From Vicugna vicugna (taxonomy: Eukaryota): a stretch of DNA of 64,000 bases. The stretch covers positions 4,210,880 to 4,274,879 of the forward strand of contig MU058337.1 in NCBI GenBank assembly GCA_013265495.1. The letters are read 5' to 3'. The position numbers were made by a program, and so were the translations under genes. The notes under the pieces were generated by a model. That model was not told the DNA's origin and searched no databases. It saw nothing but the letters and a program-made list of their open reading frames with translations. Positions within the stretch are counted from its first letter, which is position 1. Each line of letters begins with the position of its first letter. This document shows, piece after piece, positions 1 through 13,080 of the stretch.

Positions 1-504
1 CCTCTCTCCTTTTCATTCTCACCATTCACAGCATCACTGACCCCAGGCTGGCTCTCATCACCTTCCACTCCGCGTACCCCGTCCTCCACATCCCGTATTC
101 AGGAAAGCAGCAGTTCCCATCACTCTAACGACCGGTTTCATCCTCTTGGTCCATCGATGCTGTTTTTGTCCAGACCGACTTCATCTCTTAAAGAAATACT
201 GGCAGAATCATCCTAAATGTGAGCTCTTCATATCGGGAGCAGGTAAATGAGATCAAGTGTTTTAGCTGTGTTGGTCAAATCCACTCTAACCTCACCAGCT
301 TTTCTTTTTGAATGATCTACCTGTTACCAACAGGAGTGCGCTACAAATCTCCCATCGTGATGGTGGGGTTTGTGCCTTTTGCCTTGTGATTTTTGTCAGT
401 TTTTGCTTTTTAAATATAACCTGCTTTATTGCATAATTTAAAAGTTTAGAGTTGTTGTATTCTTCTATTTCTTCCTGAATTAGTCCTTTTATCAAAATGT
501 AATA

Positions 505-826
505 CAGTCATCCCTTGGTGTCCAGTATCTGAGGGAAATGGGTCCCAGGACCCCCGTGGATACCCAAATCCACTGATGCTCAAGTCTTTTACACAAAATG
601 GTGCTGTATTTTCATATCACCTGGGCACCTCCTCCTGTATACTGTAAATCATCTCTAGATTACTTATAATACCCAATATAATGCAAATACTATGTAAATA
701 GTCGCCAGTGTGCAGCAAACTCAAGCTTGACTTTATGGAACTTTCTGGAATTTTTTCCAAATATTTTCAATCGGAGGTTGGTTGAATCCACAGACGGCAA
801 AGTGCACAGATACAGAGGGCCAGCTG
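505..826. mobile_element. MER2-like Tigger (Tc1/mariner) non-autonomous DNA transposon
   Basis: TA flanks at 503-504 and 827-828, CAG...CTG termini, internal 'gtatactgtaaatcatctctagattacttataatacc'; appears inserted into an old reverse-oriented L1 fragment (about 470-1250). Confidence 0.8.
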
Positions 827-3800
827 TAACCCTCTCTAACCTTGACAGTGTTTTTTGCCTTAAGGCCCCTGTGGCTAGACTGGCTTTCTTTTGGTTAGTG
901 CTTAGCTAGTATATCTTTCTCTACCGTGTAATTTCCAAATATTATGTCCTTATATTTCAGATATTTCTCTTGTAAATTACATACAGCTGGCTTGGTGTTT
1001 TTATTTTTGCCTTTCGATTGTAAGGGATTTTTGATCTATTCTGATCATCTCTGGACAAAAAGTGGGAAATTTAATGTAATTTTTGTGCTTATTTCTGCCA
1101 TCTTACTGTATGCCTCCTTTTCATCTTTTTTCCTACGATTTTTTCTCCTTCCCTGCTTTCTTTTGGTTTCATCAAGGTGTATTTATTCCTTTTCTCTCCT
1201 CTATTTATTTGCAGGTTCTGTTTCTGTTCTTTGAATGCTTAGTGTTTTAGTATTTTGACAAGCTGTCCCTGCTTCTTGTTACACAAAATAGGGCAGTTAA
1301 GTTGGGATGATGGGAATGGTAGCTAGGAAGGTAAGAGGGTGGAGGTGAGGTACCCCACGTCCAAGCCTGGCCACTCACCCATGTGATGCTCCACTCTCCT
1401 CCCCTGTAGCGGTGTGGGCAGAAGCCACATGCTGAAGACAGGGGTGTCCCCAAACGGAAAAGGCCTGGGTTACTGAGTCATCACTTCAAAGACAATCACT
1501 TGAAGTCACAAGCAAGTCCAGGCAAATGGGACAATGACAGTAAAGGCCCTTAGGGAGCAGGCTTTGCTCTTTCAAAAAGCACAGAGGCTAGTGTGTCTCG
1601 AATGCAGCCAGATTAGGGGACGATGGTCTGGAACAAGGTCAGGGAAGTAGACATGGGCCATATCATGTAGGGTTTTGTAAACCAGGGAAAGGAATCTGGA
1701 GTTTACTCTACCCATGCTGGGAAGCCATTGGAGGGTTCTGAGCAAGAAAATGTCATCATCTAAGTTCCATATCCAGAAAAATCGCTCCGGCTGATCAATG
1801 CGTGGGATGGAGAACTGTCTGAGGAGATGCAGTGAAAACAAACGCTGGGCAGTCGCATCCTTTCTGCCTGATCTCCGGTCCGCCCTGTAAGTCCTGAGGC
1901 TCCACCACCACCTACCACCACCATCAGTGTCCACACACAAAGCTCTGGTCTCATATAGACATCTGGTGGCCAGCGTTGGAACTGAGAGATCCTGTAGCCT
2001 CTGAAAACACCCAGATCTTCACAGAAAATCCCCACCTCGCCAAAGTCTCCTAACTTCTCAAATCAAACTCTTTCCAGTCCTACATTTAAAAGCATCTGTT
2101 ATTCAGTTTAGCTATTTTCTTTGCAAATATGAGAGCAGTAACATCTTTTACTATTTGTAAATAAAACAAAGTCTGGACTAGACTCTAATGTTATAATCTT
2201 ATAAAGTTATCATCTTATTATTAAAATTTATTATTAATCATAATAGGTGTCATGGAAAAAATGAGTTATCAAGTTATTCCCTCCCCTGACAAATCACTGA
2301 CGGACACTTCTAGACCATAACTAAGGGGTAAACAAGGTAATTTATGATGTTACTTTGCTAAAGAGGTTGGAAGACAATCTCCTGTATGTATTTTTAGTTC
2401 AGAATGTGGTCCTTGATGTGTAATCATAACATCTGGAACAGCTGGTATGTGCTGAAAGAAGTTCATGATATTTTTTTTTCTTCGCTTAAGAAAGTAGCAA
2501 TTTGAAAGATGAGGCTTTGTCTCAAATGGGAACGCTATTTATAACTGGCAGTTGGCAATTGTTAAAGCTAGCTCTGGCTAAAATATATATATATATATGA
2601 AAAGAACTGCCTTTTCCAGCAGTGTAATGGTCAAATCAGAAAGCTCTCAACTTTCTCTTGGCTGATACAAAGCAGCTCCTTTTACGTTAATTTAAAAATA
2701 GGGCACCAAGGCCACCAATCCCCTTTGAGAGGGTTTTTCCACTTCCAGTAATATGGCTAATTGCAATGCTATAAGGAGACCTACTTCACCACGCTGATAC
2801 TTTCTTGTCCATCACATTGAAAGATCTTAAAAGCAATGCTTACTCACTCAACTTTATTCAGGAAACTTTGACACATAATAGCAAGTCTGTTAAAAATTTA
2901 TTTCCCTGGGCAGAAAGATCTGCTGCTCTGCTAGGCGGAGCTGAAGCAGTGAATTTTTACCCCAGACGTAATTAGATTGACTCTTACTTTGGGAATCCTG
3001 TTGGGTCTTCCCACATCAAAGTAAGATCTGGAAAAAGAAGTAGCAAAATTCCTTTCTGGGAAAATTAATTAAAGTGTGATTTTCAGTGTCTGTTCGTGGA
3101 TTCTAATGAGACAGGTCTGTTGAAAACCACTGTGCTCTTGGTAATGATCTTCTTTCCCAGCCCAGCCTTACTGCTGCATTATCCCCAAGCACCTCCCCTC
3201 GTGGGCACGCTCGACATGAAGTGACTTAGGGGTCTCAGCCCTCTTCTTAGTGGAGACTTGCCATGGAATCCTTCACCACCATCGGCAGCAATTAGCGCTA
3301 ATTGGTACCCTGGACGGCAGTCGGACGGAGAGGTCGGTGATGGAGAGTGCAGACAGCACGGATGACCCTTTCGCCTCTGGAAGGGAACTTACTGGTTCCG
3401 TGTGGAGCTGCCCTGTTCCTGCTACCTCTGCTGGGCCTGCGAGGCGGTGCAGGAGGAATTTATTCTCTGAGGCTGTCCAGCAGGAGGACTGGGGAAGGTC
3501 AGCTCACCGAGTGGGCAAAACAAAGCTGCTGAATTATGGCCACGAAATGGCCATAAATAGGTCTCCCCGTCTGCAGCCCGTATTACCTCACCTCTTCCTG
3601 CCTCTCGCTCTCACTATAAGTTTCTTCCCATTATATTATAAATCCAGTCACAGCAAGTGCTCTGTCAGCACTTTTCTCTCCTCACCACAGAGCCCACATG
3701 GCTTACACTCAGGACTGTACATCCAGGTCACCCGGTGGCTGGGACGATGTGTCATCTGTCTTAGCTTTGCCTCTTCAGATATTCATCCTCCCTCCTACAG

Positions 3801-6800
3801 GAGACATGAGGGGGGATGGTGTGAAAATGAGGAAAATCAGCCCCATGCAAAACTTTCCCTTTGTAGAATATTAATTCTCCTAAGTGCCCTTGTGTTTGTC
3901 ATCTTAACATCTTTACCATAGCTCCTTGAAGTCAGCAGTTTGAGAAATCCTTGAGAGAATTGTCAGGGAATAATTAATAATCCTCTCCTCTGCAACAAGG
4001 AGCCACCAGATGACTTGGCATCACTCACAAGACAACAGAAGGCAAAGGAATGTTGGCATCCTGCCACCTTATAAAACTTGCTCCTCCTTTTCACTTAACT
4101 CAAATGCCAGCACTTTCCTGAAGGCTGAGCAGAGGGGAATAGAGAAGGGAGTGGGCGTCTGATGAACAAAATCACAACAAATAAACTAGAGGACCAGCAC
4201 GTGAGCCAGGGCCCTTCTGTCTCCCCCAAAAGAACAGTGCGTTTGAAACTCAACAAAAAAGATCCACTTTCCACTTTGTGGTGCCTAGAAAAGACTTCTT
4301 GTCTGAGTTTCTGAGCATTCGCTTGGAGAAAAGAACCAAGAAGTGATTGACCTGGAAATAATTCAGCCTTGCAGAGTTGCCTGAGCCCAGACGTTAGCCA
4401 AAGCCAAGAGGGACCTTTCAGAACCATTTATAACTAGATCAATATGTCAACCGGTCCTGCCCTCAGCTCTCTCAAGCTTTTGTTGGAATTGAAAGATTAG
4501 CCCAGAAACGAAACTGCCAGAAGAAACATGTAGGAGGCAGATTTGTTCTGCTTAGCTTCATTTCCCTCCCTCCAAGGACTCCAGGATGAAGTTAATGAGG
4601 TATCTGGCCGGACATCTTTTTATTCTCATTGACTGACAAAACACCTGACAATAGAAAGTGTTCAGCACCATTCATGATATGAAGGAACCGGTAAATACTG
4701 GATGGTCATTTGAAGGCCAATGAAGGAATAAACTTCACAGCCACTAACTGAGCTCATTCCATTCAGCCATACTGCTGCTCTTGGCTAAAGTCCAGAATTA
4801 AAGTGCCTAGAGCAAAATGAAAAATGTGTAACACTAGCTAGAGAGTAATTTTTTTATTTTATTCAGTCAACAAACATTTATCTTGACATTTAAGATGTGT
4901 CAGACGCTGTGCTAGGCACTCGGGCACAAAGATGAAAGGCACAGAATCTGCCTCACTTAGAGTTCAGTTTCGTTGAGAGGGTAGAGAGAAGAAGGAAGAA
5001 TGACAACGCAGTGTGAGAGAGCCTTCCCCGGCTACATCGGGAGGGGCCCAGGGAAGGGGGCTGCCAGCCCTGGGGAGTTGATAGGGAAGGGACATTTGCT
5101 GGGTCTTTGGAGAGTGAGCAGGAAGCCAAGATGAGAAAGGGGATGGGGTTCCAGGCTTAGAGGGTGGGCAGAAGAGCAAGGACTGGGCCGGGAGAGAGGA
5201 CCACTGGGGAGGAGCAAGGGGTTGAGTGTCAAGTTCATAAGGGACACAAACAGGGTGGAGAGGGAAAGAGGCAGAAAAGGTGGAAAGGGGGGGGGGAAGA
5301 AGAGTGACTGAGACTAAGAAAGCAAGGGCCCATGTGCTACCAAGAAACAAGCCGGGCTTGGTCCACAGGCACAAGGTACCACAAAGGAGAGACGTCGGGA
5401 TCTACCTAAGCAGATCAGCTGGAGGACCACTTACCTGGCGAGTCAGTGCTTCCTCATTCCCCGTTCACTTCCTGAGTGTCTTTCCGGGAGCTCTGAATGA
5501 ATGAACGTTCGCAGAGATAGTCTGTTTATTTAAAAACAACACAGAAAGGAAAACAGGTTGAAGTAGAAAAAGTCAGGAAGGCAGTTTGTGGCTATTTTAA
5601 GGGCAACACTAAGGGGGTAAAACTGATAAGCCCTGATGACTGAACAATCCCCGAATTAAGAGCGACAACTGACTTGATGGTAACTACGCGGCTTCTAACA
5701 CAGCAACACGATGCTGAAAACGCTTCTCGGAAGAAGGCTGGAACTTCTATATTTCAATCTAAAAAAGAGGGACTTGGCTCTCAATACAGACTCAGAATTT
5801 TCATCACCATGTTGAACTATAACGTGCTTAAAAGCAGAGGCCAATGTCAGGCTTCCTGTTGGTGCCAGAAAATAGCAAGAAGTACTTTAATCCTGACAAG
5901 CCTTACAGAGACCGACGAAAGTATTACCTCAAAACATTACAGTTTAGCAAAGATACTGGTTTTGTTTTCTGTGCCTGTGGTACGTGGAAAAGTAAAGGTG
6001 ACATTTAGAAGTAAGGACGAGAATGCATTTCAGTGATAAAGCCCCATGTTCATTCATTCCTAACTTTCTGATGTTAAGAGCAGTCTCAATTTTGTCTCAC
6101 CTGAGAAGGGCGTGCATTAGTAAAGTTAGAGTTCAAAAGCCTGTGAGACCACTCAAGGCACAGAAACGGTGAACAGTGATGGAGAGGTGAACCAGCTCGG
6201 ACGAATATGAGACAGACCATGGAAGGGGCTTGTCTGGGTCAGTGGCGGCCCCTCCCATGGCCTTGCAGATGTTTGCCTCCTTCAGCCCAAGCCTTCCTTC
6301 GGGGACCCAGCCCTGTGCATTATTCATTTTGCCTTCGGCACCCAGAGCACACACTTCCAAATACGCGGACAGATGGATGGACATAGCTATGCAAATAGCC
6401 CTTCCCCGTTGCGAAATGTACCTGAAAATCACATTTTCCCAAGCTTGCCCTCAGGCATTTTAAATACTCAAAACCAGGTAGTTTTTTCTACTTACACCGA
6501 AGTTAGCACGTACTCCGCTGTGTAGGAGTTTCACTCAACTCCAACAGGAGAAGGTTTTTGGTTTTTTTTTTTTAAGTTATAAGCCACTTAAGTATTGTTT
6601 TGCACAATAAGGTATTCCATTTGGTTTTTAATCTGTATCAAAATGACACAATAAAATTATTACTACTTCCCATCTGGTTCTAGCTGAGGTTTTATTTTTT
6701 GCTCTTACCCTTTTATTTCTCTCACAATCCCAGGAAATTAAGGATGAAATGTGTATTAACAATGTTTATGTTATAGATAGAAGCACAGAGAAGTCAGAAA

Positions 6801-7290
6801 ATATTTTAATAAGGTTCCCTAAGTCATTATCATTCATCCACGCTGTTCTTATGCAAAATCCTATATTCTTGTCTTGTTTTCCATGTAGTTTACTGAGGAA
6901 CAGATACGTGTGGCTAAATCCCTGTTTGCAAAGAGAATCCTCACGTTTACTTTTGTTGACTCACATTCGTAACCCAAGTAAACTGAATTACTGAATTGTT
7001 TTACTAATACTCACAGGGAAGACTTCATTTTTCTTACTGTGTTTCTTGCTAATACCTGTCAGAATAACTAATCGAATTGACTTTTCATAATCTATTCTGC
7101 CTCTGCAAAGCCATGTTCTTTCTCCTCTTTGATTTACTATCTGAAACATACCAAAGATGACCTGAAGCTTTAGTGAATTTAAATCCCATATGAACTGTGT
7201 CAGCATGTGTATTTTGCCTTTACGCACAAGAAGAGCTTTTTCTGACGGCTTCTTTCATAGGAGGGGATGCGGCAAACCAAGCAGCCTGCA

Positions 7291-7306
7291 GAGCGCCCTC
7301 TAGTGA
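7291..7306 (-). promoter_or_regulatory. CTCF-like motif with a possible upstream TGCAG element
   Basis: Minus strand reads actgcagccgtggccttTCACTAGAGGGCGCTC, close to the CCASYAGRKGGCRS core. Confidence 0.6.
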
Positions 7307-10300
7307 AAGGCCACGGCTGCAGTCTTCCGACTCGGTTATGCTCCGACGGGTTTAGGGATAAACAGCCTCCTCTTCCTGAATCCTGCACAAAACATCTTAA
7401 GACTAACTCCCAATGCAACAGATTTCTTGACAACTAATCACAGCGACCTGGTTGCATTGCTGATACTCTATTAAAATTCCAAGTCAGCTTATTAGTGTAT
7501 GCATTTCTTCAGTGAATAAAAACAAGAAATTCGCATTAAAGCAGCAACAAAGCTGGAAACCAGCAAGATGATGAGGCGCTGAGACCTGGAAAACTCACCT
7601 TTAAGTTGCTATCAGAGGAACGAAAACCCCCAAATCTGGAGGTCATTCGAGGTAGCAACAACCTCTCTCCAATAAAAGACGAAAATGCTACATTTGCAGA
7701 TATTGACCAAGACAAAAGAGTGAAATTATGTTTTTTAAACATGTTCCATCTAAGAGGCCATTTTCATATGACAATTCCTTAGCATCATGAGAAATTTAAG
7801 TAAATGTAAGTTTTCACTCTGTGTGTGCCTGTTTCCATGAAAGACTGGAGAATACCAATGAGTATTTTTTTAAGTGAGAAGTATAATATTTCCTTTTTTT
7901 TTTTGAGAAGTATAATATTTCTTACACCAATATTGTGGTTCATGTCTGTTTCCATAGGAAAAGGTAAACAGACCTAGGAAATTCAATGCAAATATAAAGA
8001 GGACTAAACGTGCCAACCCTAGTGATCAATATGGCTGTCTTTGGCTCTGTGCTGTTTTGAAATGATCAGGCTGCATTGAATGGTAAGTAGGATTTCTTTT
8101 CAAAGGGAAAGTTCCAAAGTAGATTTATTATCATGACTTCACTTGAGCGTCCTGAAGAAAACAGAAATAGTTTAAAGAAAATATTGAATGTGGCTTTCAA
8201 ATTCCCTAAATGAATCAACATGTGGAGGAAAAATGTCTGATGTTGAATATGAAGGTCATATTCCTTCTTGACCCTTCAGCTAGGAGCCAAGTTCAGGCAG
8301 GTACTTATAATTTCCCAGCTCCTCCAGGTGGATGACCACTCCCTCTTACCTATTACTCAACCTAGCATAAGTTTAAGTAATTTCATAAGTTACTGAAAGG
8401 GAAACATTGGACTCTGACCTTGCAAAGTAAATAATTCTTCGAGTTTATAGAGCATAGGAATTTCCAGAGGAAATCCTCAGCCCCTCCCCCTGGGTGGACC
8501 CAGACATGCACAGCAATGCATTTCAGTCCTGTGTTTCCTACAGACCAACCAAAGTCAGATACCTAGAAGTAAGACACTTCTTGGTTCCTTCCATATCTAT
8601 GAACTACGGCCACTGCCTGCATTCTGTTGTTACAGTGTCAAGTATGTTTAGAAAAAGTGTTCTGCATCTGGGTCAGACCAACTCTGCAGCACTGCCTCAA
8701 GTCTGAAGGCCACAACTTAAGAAGAGATACTGAGTAACTGGCATACATCCAAGGAATGTGGTCAAGATTCTCAAAGTAATGTCAAATAGCGAAAGATTGA
8801 AAAAGAACCGGAGATGTCTAGTTTGAAAAACACAGACTGTCTTATATTTCTCTCATTGCCATTTTATAAAAAAAAGACTTATTTTGTGTATGTAAGGCTT
8901 ATTTTTTTTTTTTGGATATAAAAGGCAAGTAGATTTCAGTTCCATATAAGAAAGTACTTTCTCATAATTAGAATATACTGCCTTGTCAGAGATACGGGTC
9001 CCTTCCCTGAAAGAATTCCCAGCCACCATCTGTTAACAATACTTTAGAAGATGATTTCTGACTGAAATAAAAGCTTGGACTCCTAACCTCAAAGGCAGCT
9101 TGAAATTCCAGGTTCCTAATAGTCGTTATATTTTGTTAGTTCTTTTTTTAAAAATTTGCATGAGAATTCCGAATCATTTCTGGAGTCAATAATTTCTTCT
9201 AGAGCAGCTCAGTAAGACAAAGACACTTGATTTGATCCCAGTGAGTATGATTCCCATTACCCTCCAGATGGAGTAATAGATAAAATCCAGAAAGCATGGA
9301 CATCAATGTTTGACTTAAGTTCAAATCTCTACTCCACATACAGAGGAAAGTGGGTGGGGAAAGGGAAGGACAAAAAGTTCAGTGTGTGCCATCTGTATAC
9401 AAGTAAAGACACCTGACACATCTCTTTTTAAAATCTTTTTATTTTAATATAACTGTGGATTCATGTTCAGTCATAAGAAATAATATAAAGACATCTCTTG
9501 TAGCCTTTACACATTGCATACCTTTTTGTATAATGTTATTTTCTTATAATGTTAGGCATTGTTGGCAGATTTTTTTTCCCTCCATCCGATGTACTGATGC
9601 CAAAAGAGGAAATGGTAAATGTTGCTGAAACCACTGAGAACTTGGATCCCTTAAGACCTGTGAAGTCACCCTTGGTTTTTCCCTTTAGCCTGACACATCT
9701 CAGTCCCTGGTGAGTCTTCCTGTCTAGATAATGCCTGCCTTCTGCTTTGTGAAAAGCAGAGCCCTGTGTGCAGAGGCTGAACCTCTTGAATTCTTGGGAA
9801 ATGGCAGTGTTGTGGCTCATTGAAAAAGAACACGGTTTTGTTGAATGTGGTAATATTCCAATTTCTGTTGATTAGATCAATTGATATTCCGGTGCAAAGG
9901 TGATGTAGCATGTTTTCTTTCCTCCAAAAACAATTAATCTGTATTGACTGAGTTCCGGGGGAAATATATCCTACGATATATCTGAGATTGGTCTCATCAC
10001 AGTTGGAGGCTTTTGTGTGGAAAATTCTCTATTTAGCAATTACATGCAATGAGAAAACTTGGAATACATCAGTGATTCAGTAACTCAGAAGCCATGAAGA
10101 GCGCGATAAAAGCCAGAGGGTCAACCCCGGCCAGGATTTGTCATATACACCAAACCAGTACTTCCCCCACAAATGGCTACTCAACAAAATCTTGTGAGAA
10201 GCTTTAAAAAATACAGATTTCTGCACCAAATGCACCCCAACCAACCCCTGAGGGTCAAGGCAGGGCCAGGGAAACAGTACTTTCTCTAAAGCTTCACAGG

Positions 10301-11418
10301 GGTTTGATGGACAGCCAGGGCTGAGGACTGCTGCTCTGAGTCAGCAGACTTCATGATGAGTGTGCACTCCTGTTAGGAAAGAGAAAATGAACATGTTCCC
10401 TCCACCCACATGTTCAGCATTTTCCAATTACTCTTATTTTTAAATCATTTTTTACAATGATAATGAGGAATTCCAGTTTTTCAAATTACTTCCTGGAAAT
10501 TGTCTAGTTGGAAGTATCAGTATGCCAATTTCATGGACGACGGTGACTCTAACTCATCACAAATGTGAAAAAAGAAAAAATGCTATACCCCACTGCCGGA
10601 ATAATTCAGTTGTGTTAAAAACTCTTATCAGTGTCAACATCTTCTAGCGTATCTGGCAGGTGGTGAAGGTGGCTGGCAAGCGGGGTGCCTGCCCAGATAC
10701 ACATCTGCAGTGATGAAACCAAGAACTCGCTCACCCCAGGCCTGACAAACTCCTTTGCACCAGCACAAATCCCACCCCAAACGCTATCACTCTTTTTGTA
10801 TATCAGGACTTTCCCTTTAAAGCCAATGTAAGGTTTAGGAGTCAAATCTCTGGTACTAAGAGCATCAACACATTTTTTAATTGAGCCCTTTCTAATATGG
10901 AGCTATTTCACACTGTAGCAGTAAAATTAAACACTGTCACTGTCTGTTCTTTAATAGCTTACAAGTATTTTATAGTCAAGCTAGGATTTCAAGAAATATC
11001 CCTTTAGTCTTTGACTGTGAAACAATCTGCATACAATTTTTTTTTACTCCCTCTTCACTTCATGGACTATTTATAACTATGCCTAAAGAGACAGACTCAA
11101 AATGAACATAAATTGTGCATAAACTTAAAAGAACATTAAGCTCAGGCAAAAAGGTTAGTCTGTATCATGCCACGCTGAATAAAATGGTTTTCTCAACAAC
11201 TCAGAAAGGATGGAGCCTACAGGAATGTGTGTAGGGGGTTCATGGAAGGTCCCCTGGGGAGGAGTGTCCATTCAAGGAAGAGGGTGCACTTTAAGATGTG
11301 ACTCATCAGATACAGAATAGAGGACATGGTGGAACAATCAGTAGGGGCCATACCTGTCACATGCCCAAAGGCCCTAGCCTCAAATTGATTAACCCCGAGG
11401 GTGAAGTGTGAGGTATGA

Positions 11419-11607
11419 CAGCCGCTGTGCTCAAAGTGCATCCGGGGCCAGGAGCATCAGCATCACCTGGAAAACCATTAGAAATGCAAATTCCCAGGCC
11501 CCACTTCAGATCTGCTGAATCAGAAGCTCTGGGTTTGAGGCCAAGCTGCTTGCGTTTAACAAGCTCTCCAGGTGATTCTGACGCGCACCCAGGTTTGAGG
11601 GCCGCTG
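11419..11607. mobile_element. MER5A-like hAT DNA transposon
   Basis: 'agcatcagcatcacctgg...ttagaaatgcaaatt...ctgctgaatcagaa...tttaacaagc...ccaggtgattctga'. Confidence 0.85.
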
Positions 11608-11679
11608 TATTACAGGAGAAGATATGGGCAGATATTGTCTGTCCTCCGGCTGTTACGAATCAAAACCTCTCCCACCCAC

Positions 11680-13080
11680 GCCCCCGCCCTGCGTGCTTTT
11701 CTCTCCTCGAGACCCCTCTCCCTTCTCTTACATCCTCTTCTCCCCTCCCCGCCCCCCGTACACAAACGTGCGCACGCGCCCCGCCGTGCCCCACTGCACA
11801 CCTGTAGAGCAGTCAAAGAACTGGAAACCAGCCCTCATCTTCTGTTTTCGTGGAGTTTATTTCATTACGTGTGCACGGCGCTGAGGCAGGGGCGGAATTT
11901 CAACAATCCCCAGTGAAGGAGGACAGCACCACATATTTATCACATTATACTGTTGTGTATTTACCCCTTACCGCTTTTGAGGCATTTGCATATAATCTTT
12001 CATAATTCAGTTCACTTGTTTAAATCTTTTCTTTTCTTTTCCCTTATTTACTCTGATGGGAAAGCTCATTTCACAGATCACTGGGGCCTCCCAGTGGCGA
12101 TCTTTGGTAATCTCAGACTCGGGGTTTATTCCAGGAGCTTTGAGGGACCGGTATCCAAAGCCTTACTTAGCTCTTCACCTCGTTGGTGGAAGCGTAAGAC
12201 AGAATCGGAGCAGGCTTTTCGTTTGGGCTGAAGTTTCCTCAGATGCTGACTTCGGCTTCCTGCGTTCTCAGGCTCCGCGTTGCGTCCGCTGCCCAGAGGG
12301 ATGTCAGCCAGCGGGCTGGGTCTCTGCTGGTCCGTGTGAACACCAACCAGGAGTATGTGCGGTAAATAAAGGGCCTCTGGGGAGAAACTTACCCTGCCAT
12401 TCCTTTTCCTCAGCAACCTTGAGGTTTCCCCCCTAGAGTTTCCACTCCCAGCATCCTGCCTTTGAAGTTGTGCCCCCCACCCCCACCCTGGGTGGCCACG
12501 TCCTGCCAGCAGCCTTGGCGACAGCGTTCTCCCTCCTCTCGGTTCTGGAACATTCCGTGTCCCGGCCCACGTCGCTCCCAGCGGCGAGGGGCAGGGTCCT
12601 CCGAGCCGGGCGCCGCGACAGCTGCCCGGTCCTGACGTCCCCGGCCGCCCCGCCCGCATCGCCTTACATCCCGTCATTGGTCCAGGCCTCCCGCCAGGGC
12701 GTGAGGCTTACTCGGCCTATCGACCTCCCGGAACCGAGGTGACTGTCATCGGATGAACCTCGGGCTGACAGACACCAAAGGCCGTTTCCACTTGGCCAAG
12801 CACTTTGCTGCGGCGCCCCTGGTGTCCTCCCCGTCCCCCCGGCCCGGTCCCTGTGCCTCTGCGCGCGCTTCCGAAGGCCACGCTGCCTGAGTCAGGTCTG
12901 CCCTCGCCTTGAAAGGTTGCTGAAGGGTGGTTTCCGAGAACCCGAGTGCTCACATCACCCCACGGCTTAGGTCCGTGCTGATGCAGTGAGCGCCACCACC
13001 TAGCAACAGCCCTGTAAACACCAGCATCCCGGGCAGATCGGATGATGCTTTAAAGTTCAGCCCCGCCCCCTTGGCCTTTC
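11680..13080. promoter_or_regulatory. CpG-rich, promoter-like island with no recognisable gene
   Basis: High CpG/GC content; several GC boxes (including 12648-12655), NF-Y-type GACCAATGA (minus strand, core 12676-12680), TGACGTC (12633-12639), NRF1-like TGCGCACGCGC (about 11769-11779), AP-1 TGAGTCA (12888-12894). Confidence 0.65.

Noticed and set aside
3250..3921. 223-aa ORF
   Set aside because: Starts at GTG, has no recognisable domain and no supporting splice structure; probably a chance ORF.
9741..9760. 8-bp stem with a GTGA (GNRA-type) loop
   Set aside because: Too short to distinguish from chance and has no ncRNA context.
9536..10028. Two overlapping minus-strand open frames (about 120 and 94 codons) as a possible exon or pseudogene
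   Set aside because: Weak acceptor and no protein I can recognise; such lengths are expected by chance in 64 kb. A tBLASTx search would settle it.
12126..12677. 183-aa ORF and neighbouring ORFs in the CpG islands (also 17225-18433)
   Set aside because: Composition is rich in G, R, P and A and ORFs overlap on both strands, as expected from stop-codon scarcity in GC-rich DNA; no family motif.
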